From: an uncultured Armatimonadetes bacterium
Lineage (GTDB): Bacteria; Armatimonadota; UBA5829; DTJY01
DNA length: 64,000 nt
NCBI GenBank assembly: GCA_963717145.1
Contig: OY970325.1
Coordinates: 4,640,001-4,704,000, forward strand
Reading direction: 5' to 3'
Part shown: piece by piece, positions 36,895 to 47,164 of the stretch
Position numbering within the stretch: position 1 is the stretch's first letter
How the letters are laid out: the number at the start of each line of letters is the position of its first letter
Translations under genes and position numbers: made by a program
The notes under the pieces: model-generated
The model's database searches: none
Told to the model about the DNA's origin: nothing
Seen by the model: the letters and a program-made list of their open reading frames with translations, nothing else

Positions 36895-39410
36895 TTTCTC
36901 TTATAGACAATCACGGCTGCTTCCGGTTGCATTCTGAGCGTGACGAGATAGCCCGTCTCCATCAAGTCCTTCCCGGTCGCCTCGATGGTTTCCTTCGAGT
37001 CGAAGCTCGACACCTTGTACCGCGCCTCGGGATCGAGGCCCTGGAGCTTGAAGCGCGCCAACTCATAGGCGCTGTTCGGACGACGGAACGCCTGCACCAT
37101 CCCCGCGCCGAGGTCCGGGCGGTCGAACTGCCAGGCCATCCACTGGTCGTACTCCAGCGAATACTTCGTGAGCGGGTAGAAGTCGCCGTAGTAGTAATCG
37201 ACCACCTGCCGCCACTCGCCGATCAGCTTCCGAAGGAGCGGCCAGTCGATGTCCGTGCGCCGCACGTCCGGGCCGAGCGTCGTGTTCGGGCACATCGTGC
37301 TCCGGAAGATGTAGGTATCGAACTTGATGAACCCTGTGCCGTAGAACGGCAGCCATGACGCCAGCCCGTAGGTGTGGCACTGCTCGCCGACGGGATCGAA
37401 GATGTAGTCGCTTCGGAGCAAGGGCACGCTCCGGCGCATCGTCTCCAGGTCGTTCCGATGCCCGCCGGACGCGCAGGAGTCGATCAGCATGTCGGGCCGC
37501 CTGTGCCGAAGCTCGTCCCAGAATGCGAGGTAGCCGGTTACGTAGTGGTTCTCGGTGATTCCCTGGCGATTGGCGGCGTCGTTTGCGCGCCAGTAGGAGA
37601 GCGGATCGACGTTGTAGTCCTGGCGGTAGGCGTCGATGCCCTGCTCGGTCATCAGCTTGTCGGTGTGATCGGTCACCCACTTGCGGGCCTCAGGATTGCC
37701 GAGGTCGAGGAGTTTCGTCCCGCCGTCCGCGCCGAGCAGCCACTCGGGATGAGTGTCGTAGAGCCATGAACCCGGCGTGACGCGCTCCGGCTCGAACCAG
37801 ACCATCGTCTTGATTCCCCGCTCTCTCGCATAGTCGCTCACCGCGCGGAGGCCGCCGGGGAAGCGCGTCTTATCGACCTCCCACGTGCCGACGCTCGACC
37901 AACTGCCCTTGTTCGGATACCAGCCGGCGTCCATCCACCAGTAGTCCGGCTTGATCCCGTTCTCCAGATAGCGGTCGAGGAAAAGGATCTCGTCCTTCTC
38001 GTTGCATAGCAGGCCGGGGAAATGGTTGCCGCTGACCTCGGGCATGATCGGCTGAGGGAGCTTGCCGCCGTATCGGGGCAGGCTGTGCGCGATCATCCAG
38101 CGCCGCCAGATGTTCTGCGAGCGGACTGGGTCGCCCGTGTAGAATTGCAGGACGATGAGCGGCGTCCGGATCTCCTCCCCGGGATGGAGTGTCAGCTTTG
38201 TCAACTCCTGGCCGGCCTTGATGCGCAGGCCCCCGAATCGCGTTGGGGAGGGAGTTGGACTCCCTCCCCTGACCTGGTCATCGGGGAGGGAGTCCAACTC
38301 CCTCCCCAACGCGATTGGGGTGAACTCCGCCGCCCACTGACCGGGCCAACCGACGACGGCGATCATCCCCTGGTTCTCCCACTGGAGGTTGAAGTAGGGG
38401 AAGACGACCCCGAGCGGGCGACCTCCCGGCGGCGCGAACCGGATGCTCTCTCCCGACTCAAGCTTCGTTTCGAGCGGCTCGAAGTCGCGTGGAGTGACGG
38501 TCGTCCCGGCATGGTGGTGGAGGATGAAGTCGCCCTGACCGGTCCTCTCCAGGCGTAGGTCGAGGGCCTGGATATCGGATATGACCGGAGTGTCCGATTC
38601 GCCGGTGTTCTTGAGGTAAAGTGTCCACTCCACGGTCGGGAAGTCGGTGTATTCGATGCCGACGCACCGCACCTGCAGGCCCTTCGGCTCGGTGTAGATC
38701 AGTGTGTGCTGGATGCGGTTGTCGTCGAGCTTCTTAGAGGCGCGCTCGACTTTCCATGCCTTCGGGTCGAACGGCTTGCCGTCGTAGATGAACGAGAACG
38801 GCGGGTCTGATGTGAGCGCTGAGCCCTTCCCACCGAACGGCAGGTCCCCGAGCCGGATCGACTTGCCGTTCTCCAGGGTGACCGCCGCATCGGCCCAGTC
38901 GGCCTGGTCGCTCGTGATGCCGTCGCCCGCGTCACCGACCGCCAGCACGAACTCGGTCGCGCCATGGAGGTCGACGCTGATCGGCAGCGGGGAATCCCCG
39001 ATGTGCCGCACGCCGGAGTTGAACGCCTCTTTGCTCGCCACGCTCACCGAGAAGACGACGCTCCCACCGCCCGCGCGGGCATCGACGCCGATCACCGACG
39101 CGAACTCCCGGCCCGGCGACGGGAGGCGCACGACGACCCGGCTCGGCGCATGGCAGTAGAGGCCGTGCTGGAAATTCCTGCTGCCGATCCTCAGCGGCTC
39201 GTTCCCGCGAGCGTTCAACTGCACCGGCCCGTGGTTTTCGAGCACGAGCAGCCCGGCCTCCAAGGCCTCCTTTGGCTGCACCCCCTGAAACTTCGCCACC
39301 GCCCACTGATGAGCGGTCTGCATCTCGCCCTTCGTCGGCTCCATCGCATACGATGTCTGCGCAATAGTCATGAGCGCGATAACCCCCGTGATCAGTCTGA
39401 CTATCTTCAT
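36891..39410 (-). CDS. Alpha-galactosidase-like GH36 protein with NPCBM domain; contains an in-frame palindrome
   Basis: GLYCHAPS..DQADWADA (NPCBM); WWMDAGW, VWFEPERV, YRQDYN and DSCASGGHRND motifs. Confidence 0.85.
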   Translation of the reverse strand: MKIVRLITGVIALMTIAQTSYAMEPTKGEMQTAHQWAVAKFQGVQPKEALEAGLLVLENHGPVQLNARGNEPLRIGSRNFQHGLYCHAPSRVVVRLPSPGREFASVIGVDARAGGGSVVFSVSVASKEAFNSGVRHIGDSPLPISVDLHGATEFVLAVGDAGDGITSDQADWADAAVTLENGKSIRLGDLPFGGKGSALTSDPPFSFIYDGKPFDPKAWKVERASKKLDDNRIQHTLIYTEPKGLQVRCVGIEYTDFPTVEWTLYLKNTGESDTPVISDIQALDLRLERTGQGDFILHHHAGTTVTPRDFEPLETKLESGESIRFAPPGGRPLGVVFPYFNLQWENQGMIAVVGWPGQWAAEFTPIALGRELDSLPDDQVRGGSPTPSPTRFGGLRIKAGQELTKLTLHPGEEIRTPLIVLQFYTGDPVRSQNIWRRWMIAHSLPRYGGKLPQPIMPEVSGNHFPGLLCNEKDEILFLDRYLENGIKPDYWWMDAGWYPNKGSWSSVGTWEVDKTRFPGGLRAVSDYARERGIKTMVWFEPERVTPGSWLYDTHPEWLLGADGGTKLLDLGNPEARKWVTDHTDKLMTEQGIDAYRQDYNVDPLSYWRANDAANRQGITENHYVTGYLAFWDELRHRRPDMLIDSCASGGHRNDLETMRRSVPLLRSDYIFDPVGEQCHTYGLASWLPFYGTGFIKFDTYIFRSTMCPNTTLGPDVRRTDIDWPLLRKLIGEWRQVVDYYYGDFYPLTKYSLEYDQWMAWQFDRPDLGAGMVQAFRRPNSAYELARFKLQGLDPEARYKVSSFDSKETIEATGKDLMETGYLVTLRMQPEAAVIVYKRK
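38236..38316. repeat. REPIN-like doublet (GTTGGGGAKGGAGTTGGACTCC family) in frame in the GH36 gene
   Basis: Perfect 34-bp arms at 38236-38269 and 38283-38316; sister copy at 49448-49530. Confidence 0.9.
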
Positions 39411-39433
39411 TCCGTGGTCTCCAATCCGTCGGT

Positions 39434-39539
39434 ACCCAGATGCTTCGGTAGCAGAGGCCTGGCGGCGCTACCGAAGCCCCTCGGAGCTAGACCGATGCTT
39501 CGGTAGCGCCACCGGGTTCTGCTACCGAAGCATCTGGGT
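39434..39539. repeat. REPIN-like element (GATGCTTCGGTAGCAGAGGCC family), copy 1
   Basis: Terminal inverted repeat acccagatgcttcggtagcaga...tctgctaccgaagcatctgggt. Confidence 0.85.
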
Positions 39540-39548
39540 TGTGCTGTC

Positions 39549-39878
39549 TCACTGCGGCTTCATCCCCATCGCGAAGAGCGCCATGCCGACCGACACGAGC
39601 GCCATCCCACCATACTGGACCGGCGAGACACCCACGCGGAAGATGAGCAGGAGCGCGATCTGTGCGCACAGGAATCCGCCGCCGGTGCCGAGTCCGAGCG
39701 CGATCGCCGGGTTCATCGACTTGTACAGGAGCATCAAGAGCCAGATGCTCGACGCGCCGAACACGTTGCCCGCGATGAAGCCGAACAGCCAGCGCGAGGG
39801 CGTCAGGCTGCCATACTTGAACAAGACCTGCGCCGTCGCCTGCATCAACCAGAATGCCACCATCCACACGATACTCAA
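39549..39878 (-). CDS. Small 4-TM membrane protein (SMR/EamA-like)
   Basis: GGAGG SD and TTG start; about 109 aa; AQVLFKYGS; four hydrophobic segments. Confidence 0.65.
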   Translation of the reverse strand: MSIVWMVAFWLMQATAQVLFKYGSLTPSRWLFGFIAGNVFGASSIWLLMLLYKSMNPAIALGLGTGGGFLCAQIALLLIFRVGVSPVQYGGMALVSVGMALFAMGMKPQ

Positions 39879-39895
39879 TGTCGGTACCTCCACTC

Positions 39896-39989
39896 GATGC
39901 TTCGGTAGCAGAGGCCTGGCGGCGCTGCCGAAGCCCCTCACTCGACCGATGCTTCGGCAGCGCCGCCAGGCCTCTGCTACCGAAGCATC
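39896..39989. repeat. REPIN-like element, same family, copy 2
   Basis: Perfect 39-bp arms at 39896-39934 and 39951-39989. Confidence 0.9.
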
Positions 39990-39996
39990 TGGCGCG

Positions 39997-42454
39997 TTAC
40001 AGCCGCTTGTATGTCACCATCGCGGAGTCCGGCTGATTCGACAGGGTGATGAGCAGGCCGGTCTCCATCAACTCTTTGCCGGTGTGCGCCTCGCCCGAGA
40101 TGCTGTACTTCGCTTCGGGGTCGAGGCCACGGAACCTGAACCGCGCCGACTCGTAGATGCTGTTCGGCCGGCGGAACACCTGCACGACTCCTTCGCCGAT
40201 GTCCGGGCGGTCGAACTGCCAGGCCATCCAGACGTCGTTCTCCGGGCTAAAGGGTGTCAGCGGGTAGTAGTCGCCGGAGTAGTAGGGCGAGATGCTCTTC
40301 CACTCGCCGATGAGGCGGCGCGCCGCATCCCAGTCCGAATCACGCTTGCGCATGTCGTAGCACGCGTTGATATATGGGCAGATGTTGCTCCGGAAGCTGT
40401 ACGGCTCGAACTGGTTCACGCCCGTGCCGTATGCCGGAATCCACGAGGCGATGCCGTAGGTGTGGTTCTGCTGGCTCGTCGGCTCGAGCAGCCAGTCGCT
40501 CCTGAGAAGCGGGACAGCCCGCCGGAGCGTCTCGATGTCGTTCCGACGCCCGCCGGACGCGCAGGTGTCGATCAGCATGTTCGGATGCCGCCGCCGAAGC
40601 TCGTCCCAGTAGGCGAGGTAGCCGGTGACGTGGTGGTTCTCGGTGATCCCCTGCCGGTCCTCGGCGTCGTTCGCCCGCCAGTACGCGAGCGGGTCCATGT
40701 TGAAGTCCTGGCGGTAGAGATCGATTCCCTGCGACACGAGCAGTCCGTCGACGTGCTCCGTGAGCCACTCCCGCGCGTCGGGATTGCCCAGGTCGAGCAG
40801 CTTCTGCTCCCCGTCCTTGCCGAGCAGCCACTCCGGATGCGTGTCATAAAGCCACGTGTCCGGGCGTGACGCGCTCCGGCTCGAACCAGACGATCGATCT
40901 TCACGCCCTTCGCGTGCGCGTGATCGGTGATCGCACGCAGACCGCCGGGGAATCGCTTCGTATCGACCTCCCACGTGCCGGTGTTCGGCCAGCCGGTCTT
41001 GTTGATGTACCATCCCGCGTCCATCCACCAGTAGTCGATCGGCAGCTTCTCCTCGAGGTAGCGGTCGACGAAGAACTTCTGGCTCTCCTCGTCGGCGTGG
41101 ATCATCTCGCCGAACTGGTGCGAGCTGCACGCCGCCATGTGCGGCGCGGGGTAGCTTGCCGCCGGGCTGGGGCATGTTGTGCGCCATCATCCACCGCCGC
41201 CAGACGTTCTGCGAGCGGACGCAGTCGCCCTTCCAGAACTGCAGGACGACCAGCGGCGACCGGACCTCCTCGCCGGGATGCAGCTTGAGATGCGTCAGTT
41301 CCTGCCCGCCGACGACGCGCAGGCCGTTCGTCTGATCGCGAGTGAACTCGACGGCCCACTGGCCGGGCCAGCCGAGGACCGCGATCACTCCCTCGCCCGG
41401 CCACTCGATGTTGAAGTACGGCAGATCGCTGTTCGTCGGCCGCCCGCCGCCTGTGGTGATGCGCTTCGATGCGCCCGGACCGAGCGTATCCCTGAACGGC
41501 TGGTAGTCGGTCGGGATGCACGGGCTGCCGGTGTTGTGGTTGAGCGCGAACTCGCCCTCCGCGTTGCGCTCGAACGTCGACGTCGAGCGCCTGGATCTTC
41601 TCCAGGATCGGCGTGTCGGCGGCACCGGTGTTCTTGAAGTAGACCGTCCACTCCACCGTCGGGAAATCCTTGTACTCGACGCCGACGCACCGGACTTGCA
41701 GCTTCGTCGCCGGATCGGTCCACGTGATCGTCCGCTGCTCCCTGTTGGCATCGAGTTTCTTCGAGCTTCTCTCCATCTTCCAGGTCTTCAGCAGCTCAGC
41801 GGACGGCTTGCCTCCGTAGACGAACGAGAACGGCGGATCGGTCGAGTAGGTGCGCGCCCGATCTTCGATGATCGGCAGTTCGCCGAGCCAGACCTTCTCA
41901 CCGTTGGTCAGCGTAACCTGCGCATCGGCCCAGTCGGACTGATCGCACGAGATTCCGTCGCCCGCGTCGCCGACCTCCAGCGCGAACTCGGTCGCCCCGC
42001 CGAGGTCGATCGAGACCGGAACGCCGGGCATCCCCTCGCGCATCACGCCGGAGTTGAACCTCTCGCCGCCGCCGACTTTGACGACGAAGACCACGCTCCC
42101 TCGTCCGCCCGAGGTCTGCTCGTTGCTGTCGACGCCGACGACCGCGCTGAGAGTCTTGCCGGGACTCGGAAGCCGCACGATCACCTTGCTGACCGCGTGG
42201 CAATAGAGCCCGCGAGTGTACTGCTTCCCCGCGATCACCATCGGCTTCTCGTGGCGGCCGTTCCGCTGCACGGGATCGTTGTTCGCCAGCACCATCAGCC
42301 CCGGCTTCGCGGTCGGCGTCTCCACCTTGCCCTCGAACCGCGCGGACGTCCACAACCGGGCCTCCGACATCTCATCCGCGGTCGGTATCGCTGCACTGAG
42401 CGACGTTGCCATCATCAGCACCACCATTCCTGTAAGTATGCGATATGTCATCAT
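39997..42454 (-). CDS. GH36 + NPCBM paralog broken by four apparent +1 frameshifts (about 41580, 41150, 40897 and 40863); pseudogene or consensus error
   Basis: Pieces of ORFs 41102..42574, 39997..41751 and 40572..41138 are colinear with the 36891..39410 protein. Confidence 0.75.
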
Positions 42455-42482
42455 GTCTGCGCCTTCTGTCCTTCCAGGCTCT

Positions 42483-42546
42483 GTTATACACTCCCGCCGC
42501 ATCTTTGGCAAGCACCTTGACCGAGGGCCTCCCGAGACCGTATGAT
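42483..42546. promoter_or_regulatory. Back-to-back divergent sigma70 promoters
   Basis: Minus strand: TTGCCA-N17-TATAAC (42511-42483). Plus strand: TTGACC-N18-TATGAT (42517-42546). Confidence 0.6.
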
Positions 42547-42555
42547 AGACCCACC

Positions 42556-43698
42556 ATGTCGTCACTAGTTCCATCCACCATATCTCTTCTGATCAAGCCC
42601 GCGGGGCCTGACTGCAATCTCCGGTGCACATACTGCTTCTACCGCCAAAAATCGGGCATGTTTCCGGGGGCCAAAGAGCACCGCATGACCGACGAGACGC
42701 TCGTGCGGACGATCTACCAGGCGATGGACGCCGGGCGCGATTTCGCGATGTTCTCCTGGCAGGGCGGAGAGCCGACGCTCATGGGCCTCGACTTCTTCAA
42801 GCGCGCGGCTCAGCTTCAGGGCGAGAACCTGCACCAGGGCCAGATCGTCTCGAACGCCCTCCAGACCAACGGTACGCTGATCGACCGCAAGTGGGCCGAG
42901 TTCCTCAAGGAGTACAACTTCCTGGTCGGAGTGAGCCTCGACGGACCCTCCGGCATCCATGACCACTACCGCCGCGACGAGAACAAGTCGCCGACTCACG
43001 CACGCGTAATGCGTAACCTACAGACAATGCTCGATGTTGGCGTGGAGGTTAACATCCTGACGCTGCTCAACGAGAAGAACGTCAAGGAGCCGGACCGCGT
43101 GTATGAGTTCCTGCTCAAGACCGGCGTCAAGTACTTCCAGTTCGTGCCATGCGTCGAGCCCGGACCGGGCGGCAAGGCGGCGTTCTTCTCGATCACGCCC
43201 GAGGAGTACGGCGACTTCCTCTGCCGGCTCTTCGACCTCTGGCTCGACAGCTCGATGGACATCTCGATCCGCGACTTCGACGACCTGATGATGCTCTTCC
43301 AGGGTCAGCGCCCGAACACGTGCATCTGGGGCCCGAGGTGCGGCGGATACGTCGTCGTCGAGCACACCGGCGACGTATTCCCATGCGACTTCTTCGTGCT
43401 GCCGAAGTGGAAGCTCGGCAATGTGAACGAGACGACCCTCGCGGAGATCATGTACACGGAGAAGATCCGGGAGTTCGGCGACGAGAAGACGAAATACTCC
43501 GAGGAGTGCGCCGAGTGCGAGTGGCTAGGATTCTGCCACGGAGGATGCCTCAAGCATAGGCTGCTCATCGGATGCGCGTCGCCCGAGCAGACCTACTTCT
43601 GCAAGTCGTACAAGCAGCTTTTCGAACACAGCCGGTCGGTGCTGGACGAAATTCACGAGCAAGCCCCTGAACACAAACCGACCGTGGAGAACGTCTAA
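42556..43698 (+). CDS. Anaerobic sulfatase maturase (radical SAM/SPASM)
   Basis: IKPAGPDCNLRCTYCFY, WQGGEPTL, LQTNG; SPASM motifs CDFFV and CAECEWLGFCHGGC. Confidence 0.9.
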   Translation: MSSLVPSTISLLIKPAGPDCNLRCTYCFYRQKSGMFPGAKEHRMTDETLVRTIYQAMDAGRDFAMFSWQGGEPTLMGLDFFKRAAQLQGENLHQGQIVSNALQTNGTLIDRKWAEFLKEYNFLVGVSLDGPSGIHDHYRRDENKSPTHARVMRNLQTMLDVGVEVNILTLLNEKNVKEPDRVYEFLLKTGVKYFQFVPCVEPGPGGKAAFFSITPEEYGDFLCRLFDLWLDSSMDISIRDFDDLMMLFQGQRPNTCIWGPRCGGYVVVEHTGDVFPCDFFVLPKWKLGNVNETTLAEIMYTEKIREFGDEKTKYSEECAECEWLGFCHGGCLKHRLLIGCASPEQTYFCKSYKQLFEHSRSVLDEIHEQAPEHKPTVENV

Positions 43699-43741
43699 AC
43701 TTAGGTAGCAGTATGCCCCACCGTGCAAGGAGGTACGTTCG

Positions 43742-45529
43742 ATGACCCGTATTGCTTTCCGAGGGATACCCCGCGAGCACCTGATTGCTCTCGCCATCGC
43801 TCTTCTGGTCTCCGCCGTCTGTCTGCTGGTCTCCTGCGGGACGGCTGACGGCGCGGACCCGATGACGATCAAGCAGTATAGCCCCTTCGATGATCCGAAG
43901 CCCGCCATCCCACGGGAGATCCGCTCAGACAAGCGGCTCGATCAGAAGCTCCAGGTATTCGCGAAGAACATGGACCTCAGGGCGCTTCTGGGCGATCTGA
44001 GGTCCAAGACCGGCGTGAAGCTCTCCGTCGAGCCAAAGATAGCGTCCGAGCACCCGATCATCTTCTTCAAGAGCAAATCCCTTCGCGACGTAATGACGGA
44101 ACTGTCCGGCTTCTACGGATATACGTGGCGCGTGAAGGCTCAGGGATACGAGTTGTCCGAGGACGCAAAGCATGTGAACTTGCGCACGTCCCTGGTCAAG
44201 CAAGGCAGGCAGAAGCAGGATGCGCAGCTTCTCGACTTCACGCGGAAGTACCTCGCTGCCAAGCCCGAAGATGAGAACATCGTGAAGCTCTCCATGACCA
44301 ACAACATGTTGTACCAGATGCTTTTCGGTGCGACCGGCAAGTCTACCGCTGCAATACTCTCGAGCCTTGGCGAGGACACCCTTCGCCGCGCACTGACCGA
44401 CGGCGGCGTGAACATGGGCTTCTCGGAAGCGCCGGCGGCGTTCCAGACCGCGTTCTGCGACTGGTCGAACGCGATGATCGAGAGGGGCAGGAGATTTCGC
44501 GGAGGCGATCAGGCGATCACTGTGACGGTCATCGACCCGGCGGGCATGGCCGCGCAGAAGGTGTCGATCAGGCGCGCTGAAGCCGGCTCATCGAGCTTCC
44601 CCAGGTTCGAGTTCAGCGTCACAACCCCAAGTGGTAATCCCGTGACACTCCAGTGGCCGCCCTATCAACTCCGGTACGAGGAGCTGAGCCTCGTCGCGGG
44701 GTGGGACACGGACATGGGCACATCAACCGCACCCGTGCTTTCCAGCGACATCAGGATCAGCCCTGCGATTCCTCAGACCCGGCTCTGGCTCACGACGTCG
44801 GATATCCTTCAGGCCATCGCCGAACAGGCCCCGATGGACGTGATCGCCGACAACATCCAGCAGGAACAGCAGGGTCCGCTGATCGCAGGAGTCCCGCTCA
44901 GCGCGCTCGTCGAGCGACTGTGCAGAGACCAGCGATACTCCTGCCAGGTCGATGATTCCACCCTGCGCCTGCGTCTGACTCAGTGGTTCTCGCAGCCTCT
45001 CCTCGCGGAGGGCCCGACGAAACTGCTGGAAACCTGCTGGAAGGACCTCGAGAAGGACGGCAAGCTGTCCATGGCCGATCTTGTCGCGCTGGCGAGCTTG
45101 CCGCCCGATCAGATGCAGTTGCCCGAGGTCCGCAACTTGCCCGGCTCGAGAGAAGCGCTGCGGTCACCATCAGCGTTCAGGCTGTGGGCATCGTTGGTTG
45201 ATGCTAAGGTACCCGCAGAGGGCATGGCGGTCGCCGGTCTCTCTTCGGAACAGAAGAAGTTGCTCGACGCCTGGATCGCCACGGCACGGAGCCCGGTCGC
45301 TCCTGACAAGATAGCACGGGCGGTGCTGACGGTTACCACGGAAGTCAGCCAGAATTCCTACCGAGGCGGCACGATGGAGTACCAGCAGTTGAACCTGAAG
45401 GCAGGCGATGAGGTGCTGATGTCGAACCCGTTCTACCTGTCACCGCCTCTGAGCGACGACGACCGCAAGGCGATCATCGAGCAGCGCAAAGCTGAGCGCG
45501 AGGCCGACGTGATCAAGGTCCTGAACTAG
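43742..45529 (+). CDS. Hypothetical exported protein with possible STN/secretin-N-like domains
   Basis: Hydrophobic N-terminus; DKRLDQKL..LRALLGDL..TGVKL pattern. Confidence 0.65.
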   Translation: MTRIAFRGIPREHLIALAIALLVSAVCLLVSCGTADGADPMTIKQYSPFDDPKPAIPREIRSDKRLDQKLQVFAKNMDLRALLGDLRSKTGVKLSVEPKIASEHPIIFFKSKSLRDVMTELSGFYGYTWRVKAQGYELSEDAKHVNLRTSLVKQGRQKQDAQLLDFTRKYLAAKPEDENIVKLSMTNNMLYQMLFGATGKSTAAILSSLGEDTLRRALTDGGVNMGFSEAPAAFQTAFCDWSNAMIERGRRFRGGDQAITVTVIDPAGMAAQKVSIRRAEAGSSSFPRFEFSVTTPSGNPVTLQWPPYQLRYEELSLVAGWDTDMGTSTAPVLSSDIRISPAIPQTRLWLTTSDILQAIAEQAPMDVIADNIQQEQQGPLIAGVPLSALVERLCRDQRYSCQVDDSTLRLRLTQWFSQPLLAEGPTKLLETCWKDLEKDGKLSMADLVALASLPPDQMQLPEVRNLPGSREALRSPSAFRLWASLVDAKVPAEGMAVAGLSSEQKKLLDAWIATARSPVAPDKIARAVLTVTTEVSQNSYRGGTMEYQQLNLKAGDEVLMSNPFYLSPPLSDDDRKAIIEQRKAEREADVIKVLN

Positions 45530-45545
45530 TCGTATATGTTTCTGT

Positions 45546-45611
45546 GTAGGGGCGAAGCATTGGCCCTTCGGACTGCGCTGACGTGTGGCAACAATCGCCA
45601 ATGCTTCGCCC
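45546..45611. repeat. GTAG-type REPIN (GTAGGGGCGAAGCATTGGC family), copy 2, right end truncated
   Basis: Arms identical to 33265-33334, with a different spacer. Confidence 0.85.
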
Positions 45612-45618
45612 GGATTTC

Positions 45619-45654
45619 GAGTATGAGTATGAGTATGAGTATGAGTATGAGTAG
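45619..45654. repeat. Hexanucleotide microsatellite (GAGTAT)5-GAGTAG next to the purN RBS
   Basis: Directly visible in the sequence. Confidence 0.95.
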
Positions 45655-45660
45655 GAGCGG

Positions 45661-46284
45661 ATGATCAACATCGCTGTCATGATCTCCGGGCACGGCCGAG
45701 GGAGCAACATGCAGGCTATCATCGACGCCTGCAGGGACGGCCGCATCGACGGCCGGGTCGCCATCGTCATCGGCACAAGGGACGATGCGCCCGCCATGCA
45801 GCGCGCCCGTGACAACGGCGTGACGGCGGTCGAGGTGCGCCCAAAAGCATTCGAGACCGACGAGGGATACGGGGGCGCGCTCCTCGACGTCCTCGCCGAT
45901 CACGAGGTCGATCTCATCTGCCTCGCGGGTTACATGCGCATCCTCCCCGGCAGCGTCATCAGCGGCTACCGGTCGCGGGTCATGAACATCCATCCCGCGC
46001 TGATCCCGCTCTTCTGCGGCAAGGGTATGTTCGGCGAGCACGTTCATCAGGCGGTGATCGACTCTGGCATGAAGGTCACCGGCGTGACCGTCCACTTCGT
46101 CGATGAGCAGTACGACACCGGCCCGATCATCCTCCAGAAGTGCGTCCCGGTCGAGGAGGGCGACACAGCCGAGACCCTCGCCGCCCGAGTGCTCGTCCAG
46201 GAGCACAACGCGTACCCCGAAGCCATCCAGCTCTTCGCCCAGTCCCGACTCAAAGTCGAGGGACGCATAGTCCAGATCCGGTGA
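45661..46284 (+). CDS. purN: Phosphoribosylglycinamide formyltransferase
   Basis: ISGHGRGSNMQA, LAGYMRIL, NIHPAL and GVTVHFVDEQYDTGPII motifs. Confidence 0.95.
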   Translation: MINIAVMISGHGRGSNMQAIIDACRDGRIDGRVAIVIGTRDDAPAMQRARDNGVTAVEVRPKAFETDEGYGGALLDVLADHEVDLICLAGYMRILPGSVISGYRSRVMNIHPALIPLFCGKGMFGEHVHQAVIDSGMKVTGVTVHFVDEQYDTGPIILQKCVPVEEGDTAETLAARVLVQEHNAYPEAIQLFAQSRLKVEGRIVQIR

Positions 46285-46294
46285 GGTCATATCC

Positions 46295-47164
46295 ATGAAC
46301 GTATGGCGCGTCGAAACCCTCAGGTGGCGGATCATGGCAGTCATCGGGTTGGGATTCGGAGCCTTCGCCCTGACTCTGGCCGGCTGGAGTATCGCCGACT
46401 TCTACTTCCATTCGGCGATGCTTTGGCCTGCTGTCGGCCTGATCGGTGCCGGAGTAGGCGGAGTTCTACTGCTTTGGATCCGCATGGTCAGATCCGGTCG
46501 CAACGGGCTGATCTGGGCGGCACATTGGCTACTCGGTTGGTTCTACCTTTTGCCGCTGGCAATTCCGCTGTTCGCCCTGATGGTCTTTGCTTCCCTCCTG
46601 CCGATTGCGGCCTCGCAGATCCTGGTGGGCTACGGCGCATGGAGGGATTCCAAGCAATCTGAGTCTGTATCTGCTTCTCGATCCCTTGGCCTACCGATGA
46701 TAGCAGTCCACGCTCTGACCTCCATCGTGGTGCTCGTCATGTTTCTCTCCGGCTTTCGTGTGGAAGGTATGGCGTGGCCCAGCCATCGGACTTGTCTCTG
46801 GGAAGTATCGAGGGCATCGTCCGTCCGGTTCCCACAAAGCGCCAGGCTCGTCAATGGGTATGCCAACTTCGACGCTATGAGCAGCATGCTCCTGGCGAAG
46901 GTGGAGATTGACCGCGTCGATGTTAAGGAGTTCATCCGATCGCTTCCGCCGTCTTGGGGCGACAAACCGAGTGCTGATGCGAGTGACCTCCGCCGTGGAA
47001 ACGGGCCCGCTGGTGACTTTGTCTACCCCAAGTGGTTCACGCCGCCGCATCAGAAGTGTGAGGTCTTTCATCCAGGCGTTCTGCAATGGGACTCAACGAA
47101 CGTCCTAGTGACCCTTGATGATCCCAAACGGGCGATAGTGTACGTCTACTGCTACGAGGACTGA
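46295..47164 (+). CDS. Hypothetical membrane protein
   Basis: 289-aa ORF with about five N-terminal TM helices. Confidence 0.6.
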   Translation: MNVWRVETLRWRIMAVIGLGFGAFALTLAGWSIADFYFHSAMLWPAVGLIGAGVGGVLLLWIRMVRSGRNGLIWAAHWLLGWFYLLPLAIPLFALMVFASLLPIAASQILVGYGAWRDSKQSESVSASRSLGLPMIAVHALTSIVVLVMFLSGFRVEGMAWPSHRTCLWEVSRASSVRFPQSARLVNGYANFDAMSSMLLAKVEIDRVDVKEFIRSLPPSWGDKPSADASDLRRGNGPAGDFVYPKWFTPPHQKCEVFHPGVLQWDSTNVLVTLDDPKRAIVYVYCYED

